A stretch of DNA of 63,901 nt, filler included. It is 5 parts of 5 records of this genome, joined end to end, with 100 filler letters (N's around TTAATTAATTAA, not from the genome) between each part and the next. Parts side by side here need not be neighbours in the genome. Positions count along the whole stretch, not along the records: positions 51,103 to 63,901 come from SRR2962707_1133; 4 more parts are not named here. One strand, given 5' to 3'. This document shows positions 61,670 to 63,901 of the stretch, piece by piece. A program made the translations under genes and the position numbers. Numbering within the stretch: position 1 is the stretch's first letter; every line of letters begins with the position of its first letter. The notes under the pieces were generated by a model that was not told the DNA's origin, searched no databases, and worked only from the letters and a program-made list of their open reading frames with translations.

Positions 61670-62280
61670 TGCAGTAGCCTCTGACCGGCCTCGGTCGTGA
61701 AATCCGCCTGCAGCGACGGAGTAAGGTCCGTTTCGAACGTCACACGAAGATCAGACAGGTAGGGCCCCAGCAGATCGCCAAGTTCAGCCGCCCGGGGATG
61801 GCGCACTATCAACTCCTCAAGCACCGGGCCGCCAGTGTCCATCAACGTCCCGGGCGAAACCGGACCGTGCCACTGGATCAGGGCGGGGAACAAGCCGTCG
61901 AATGGCAACATTCCGTCGTCAGGCACCGCCATGGACCATTCCAGCGTGCCACGGCTAAGATGCACGGCACGACCGGCCTGGGGAAACACCCTCACCGCCG
62001 CCTCCAGATCGGTGACGCGGCAAATCCATTTGTCGAGCCTTGGTGGCCCTTCGAAGCGGTCCAGGCCGAACCAGCGCGGATATTTCTTAGGGGGTGCTGC
62101 AGGATCGACTGCAATGGCTTCAAGATAGATCCCATCGCCCAGTCCAAGCAGCCGGTTATGGGTAGCATAATGGTCATGTTTACCCCCTGGCAGCATCGGC
62201 AGACCCAGCGCGGTTTCCGCGTGTGCCACCCCTTCTTCCAAAGTTTCGGCCAGCACCGCGATGTGATCCAAAACTAACAA
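61666..62280 (-). CDS. VOC / glyoxalase-like family protein
   Basis: LDHIAV, PGGKH..YATHNRLLGLGDGIYLEAIAVDP, PRWFGLD, FPALIQW; TTG start uncertain; ATGA overlap with the GNAT gene. Confidence 0.85.
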   Translation of the reverse strand: MLVLDHIAVLAETLEEGVAHAETALGLPMLPGGKHDHYATHNRLLGLGDGIYLEAIAVDPAAPPKKYPRWFGLDRFEGPPRLDKWICRVTDLEAAVRVFPQAGRAVHLSRGTLEWSMAVPDDGMLPFDGLFPALIQWHGPVSPGTLMDTGGPVLEELIVRHPRAAELGDLLGPYLSDLRVTFETDLTPSLQADFTTEAGQRLLQ

Positions 62281-62455
62281 ATCTGCGCATCCTATCGTTT
62301 ATGGCTTTTCTGACGATAGGGTAGCCGACACGAGGTGAACAGATACAAGATGTTACGACATTCCTATATTTTTTCAAAGTCACTGTATCCGGAGACAGAA
62401 ACCATGTTTTCTGGGCAGAGGCTGACCGGGCCTGCGCAGTCCAAGTCGCCATCAC

Positions 62456-63901
62456 TCAAGCTAGAACACGACCGTCGCGCTGCGCGCTAATCAGTTTCAG
62501 GATGTCCTGGGCCGCTTCGGGTATATTGGTGCCTGGTCCAAAGATTGCTTTAACCCCGGCATCGTACAGAAATTGGTAATCCTGCTGCGGAATAACCCCA
62601 CCGCAGATCACCAAAATCTCGCCCGCGCCGGCATCGCGCAGCGCCTGCACCAGCTTTGGCGCCAGCGTCTTGTGACCTGCCGCCTGAGACGAGATGCCGA
62701 TCACATGAACATCGTTGTCGATGGCATCCTGAGCCGCCTCTTCCGGGGTCTGAAACAGCGGGCCGACATCGACGTCAAAACCGATGTCGGCAAAGGCCGT
62801 CGCGATGACCTTGGCCCCGCGGTCGTGCCCGTCCTGGCCCATCTTGACCACCAGCATACGGGGGCGACGGCCCTCTTCCTCGGCGAAATCCTCGACCGAT
62901 TTCTGGATCGCGGCAAAACCGGCATCGCCCGCATAGGCCGCGCCATACACCCCGGCCAGTGTCTTGACCTCGGCCCGGTGGCGACCAAACACTTTTTCCA
63001 TCGCCATACTGATCTCTCCTACGGTGGCGCGGGCGCGCGCCGCGACGACTGCCCCTTCGAGCAGATTTCCGCCCTCGCCTGCTCGGCGGGTCAATTCGTC
63101 AAGCGCGACGTTACAGGCGACTTCGTCACGGCTGGCTCGGATGCTGTTGAGCCGCGCAATCTGGCTTTCGCGCACCTCGTCGTTATCGATGTCTCGGATC
63201 TCTAGAGGGTCTTCGCGATCTTTGCGGTACTTGTTCACGCCAACGATGACCTCTTTGCCACGGTCGATATCCGCCTGGCGGCGCGCTGCCGTTTCTTCTA
63301 TTCGCAGTTTTGGCATTCCAGTGGCGACGGCTTTGGTCATCCCGCCCATCTCATCGACCTCTTCGATGATCTTCCATGCGGCTTCGGCCAGATCAGCAGT
63401 CAGTTTTTCAACGTAATACGATCCGGCAAGTGGATCGACCACATTGGTCACGCCCGTCTCTTCCTGCAGTATCAATTGGGTGTTGCGCGCGATCCGGGCG
63501 GAAAAATCGGTCGGCAGGGCAATCGCCTCGTCCAGGGCATTGGTGTGCAGCGACTGCGTGCCGCCCAAAACCGCCGACATTGCCTCATACGCCGTGCGGA
63601 TCACGTTGTTATAGGGATCCTGTTCGGCCAGCGTCACGCCGCTCGTCTGGCAATGGGTGCGCAACATCTTTGATTTCGAATCCTGCGCCCCAAGTTCCGT
63701 CATGATCCGGTGCCAGAGCATCCGCGCCGCCCGTAACTTGGCCGCTTCCATAAAGAAATTCTTGCCTATGGCGAAAAAGAACGACAGCCGACCAGCGAAT
63801 TTGTCAATGTCCATGCCACGTGCCATCGCGGTCTTTACGTATTCTTTGCCATCAGCCAGGGTAAACGCCAATTCCTGCACCAGGTTCGCGCCGGCCTCTT
63901 G
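62456..63901 (-). CDS. scpA: methylmalonyl-CoA mutase (5' truncated by window end)
   Basis: [62 protein letters not shown] (B12 DxHxxG), GISSQAAGH. Confidence 0.96.
   Translation of the reverse strand, partial: QEAGANLVQELAFTLADGKEYVKTAMARGMDIDKFAGRLSFFFAIGKNFFMEAAKLRAARMLWHRIMTELGAQDSKSKMLRTHCQTSGVTLAEQDPYNNVIRTAYEAMSAVLGGTQSLHTNALDEAIALPTDFSARIARNTQLILQEETGVTNVVDPLAGSYYVEKLTADLAEAAWKIIEEVDEMGGMTKAVATGMPKLRIEETAARRQADIDRGKEVIVGVNKYRKDREDPLEIRDIDNDEVRESQIARLNSIRASRDEVACNVALDELTRRAGEGGNLLEGAVVAARARATVGEISMAMEKVFGRHRAEVKTLAGVYGAAYAGDAGFAAIQKSVEDFAEEEGRRPRMLVVKMGQDGHDRGAKVIATAFADIGFDVDVGPLFQTPEEAAQDAIDNDVHVIGISSQAAGHKTLAPKLVQALRDAGAGEILVICGGVIPQQDYQFLYDAGVKAIFGPGTNIPEAAQDILKLISAQRDGRVLA

Noticed and set aside
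62281-62455. Small ORF or gene remnant between scpA and the VOC gene
   Set aside because: No recognisable motif or SD, and the tracked ORF overlaps the VOC gene out of frame.
1-63901. rRNA, tRNA, transposase, integrase, phage or defence genes
   Set aside because: None recognised by eye; tRNAscan-SE, Rfam and HMM scans would be needed to exclude small or divergent ones.

Overview
The window is not one locus. It is five unrelated contigs joined by 100-nt artificial spacers (N44-TTAATTAATTAA-N44 at 13824-13923, 27028-27127, 39395-39494, 51003-51102), i.e. a concatenated metagenome-type assembly. Taxonomic labels below are impressions from gene content and sequence style. Contig 1 (1-13823, GC-rich alphaproteobacterium): galU, glpK, a LysR gene divergent from a Tat-exported TRAP transporter (dctPQM) plus a 779-aa DUF3604/PHP-like putative metallohydrolase, a long-form proS bracketed by REP-type palindromes, and a LacI / carboxymuconolactone-decarboxylase-family / luciferase-like monooxygenase cluster with a perfect operator. 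Contig 2 (13924-27027, Rhodobacteraceae-like): purB, a trans-sulfuration enzyme, a patatin lipoprotein, a serine hydrolase, an arsR-arsC fusion with gapdh and arsJ, a catalase and tauABC. Contig 3 (27128-39394, Parvibaculum-like): gor, class II DAHP synthase, three paralogous NADP-dependent alkenal-reductase-family genes around a macAB-tolC-type cassette, and nadE. Contig 4 (39495-51002) is eukaryotic. It holds a Vta1-like gene whose C-terminal VSL domain appears replaced by two Vps4-type MIT domains, and a >3,000-codon RAB3GAP2-like gene reconstructed through six phase-compatible GT-AG introns. Contig 5 (51103-63901, Rhodobacteraceae-like): proS, AI-2E permease, hdaA, ppk, an orphan flagellin frameshifted in a T7 run, ppx, an EEP nuclease, a DjlA-like protein, a frameshifted GNAT, a VOC protein and methylmalonyl-CoA mutase. 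No rRNA, tRNA, CRISPR array or transposase was recognised. The best candidates for undescribed biology are the TRAP + DUF3604 catabolic operon, the Vta1-MIT-MIT ESCRT adaptor, the giant RAB3GAP2-like protein and the REP-bracketed long proS. All calls come from motif recognition by eye; no searches were run.
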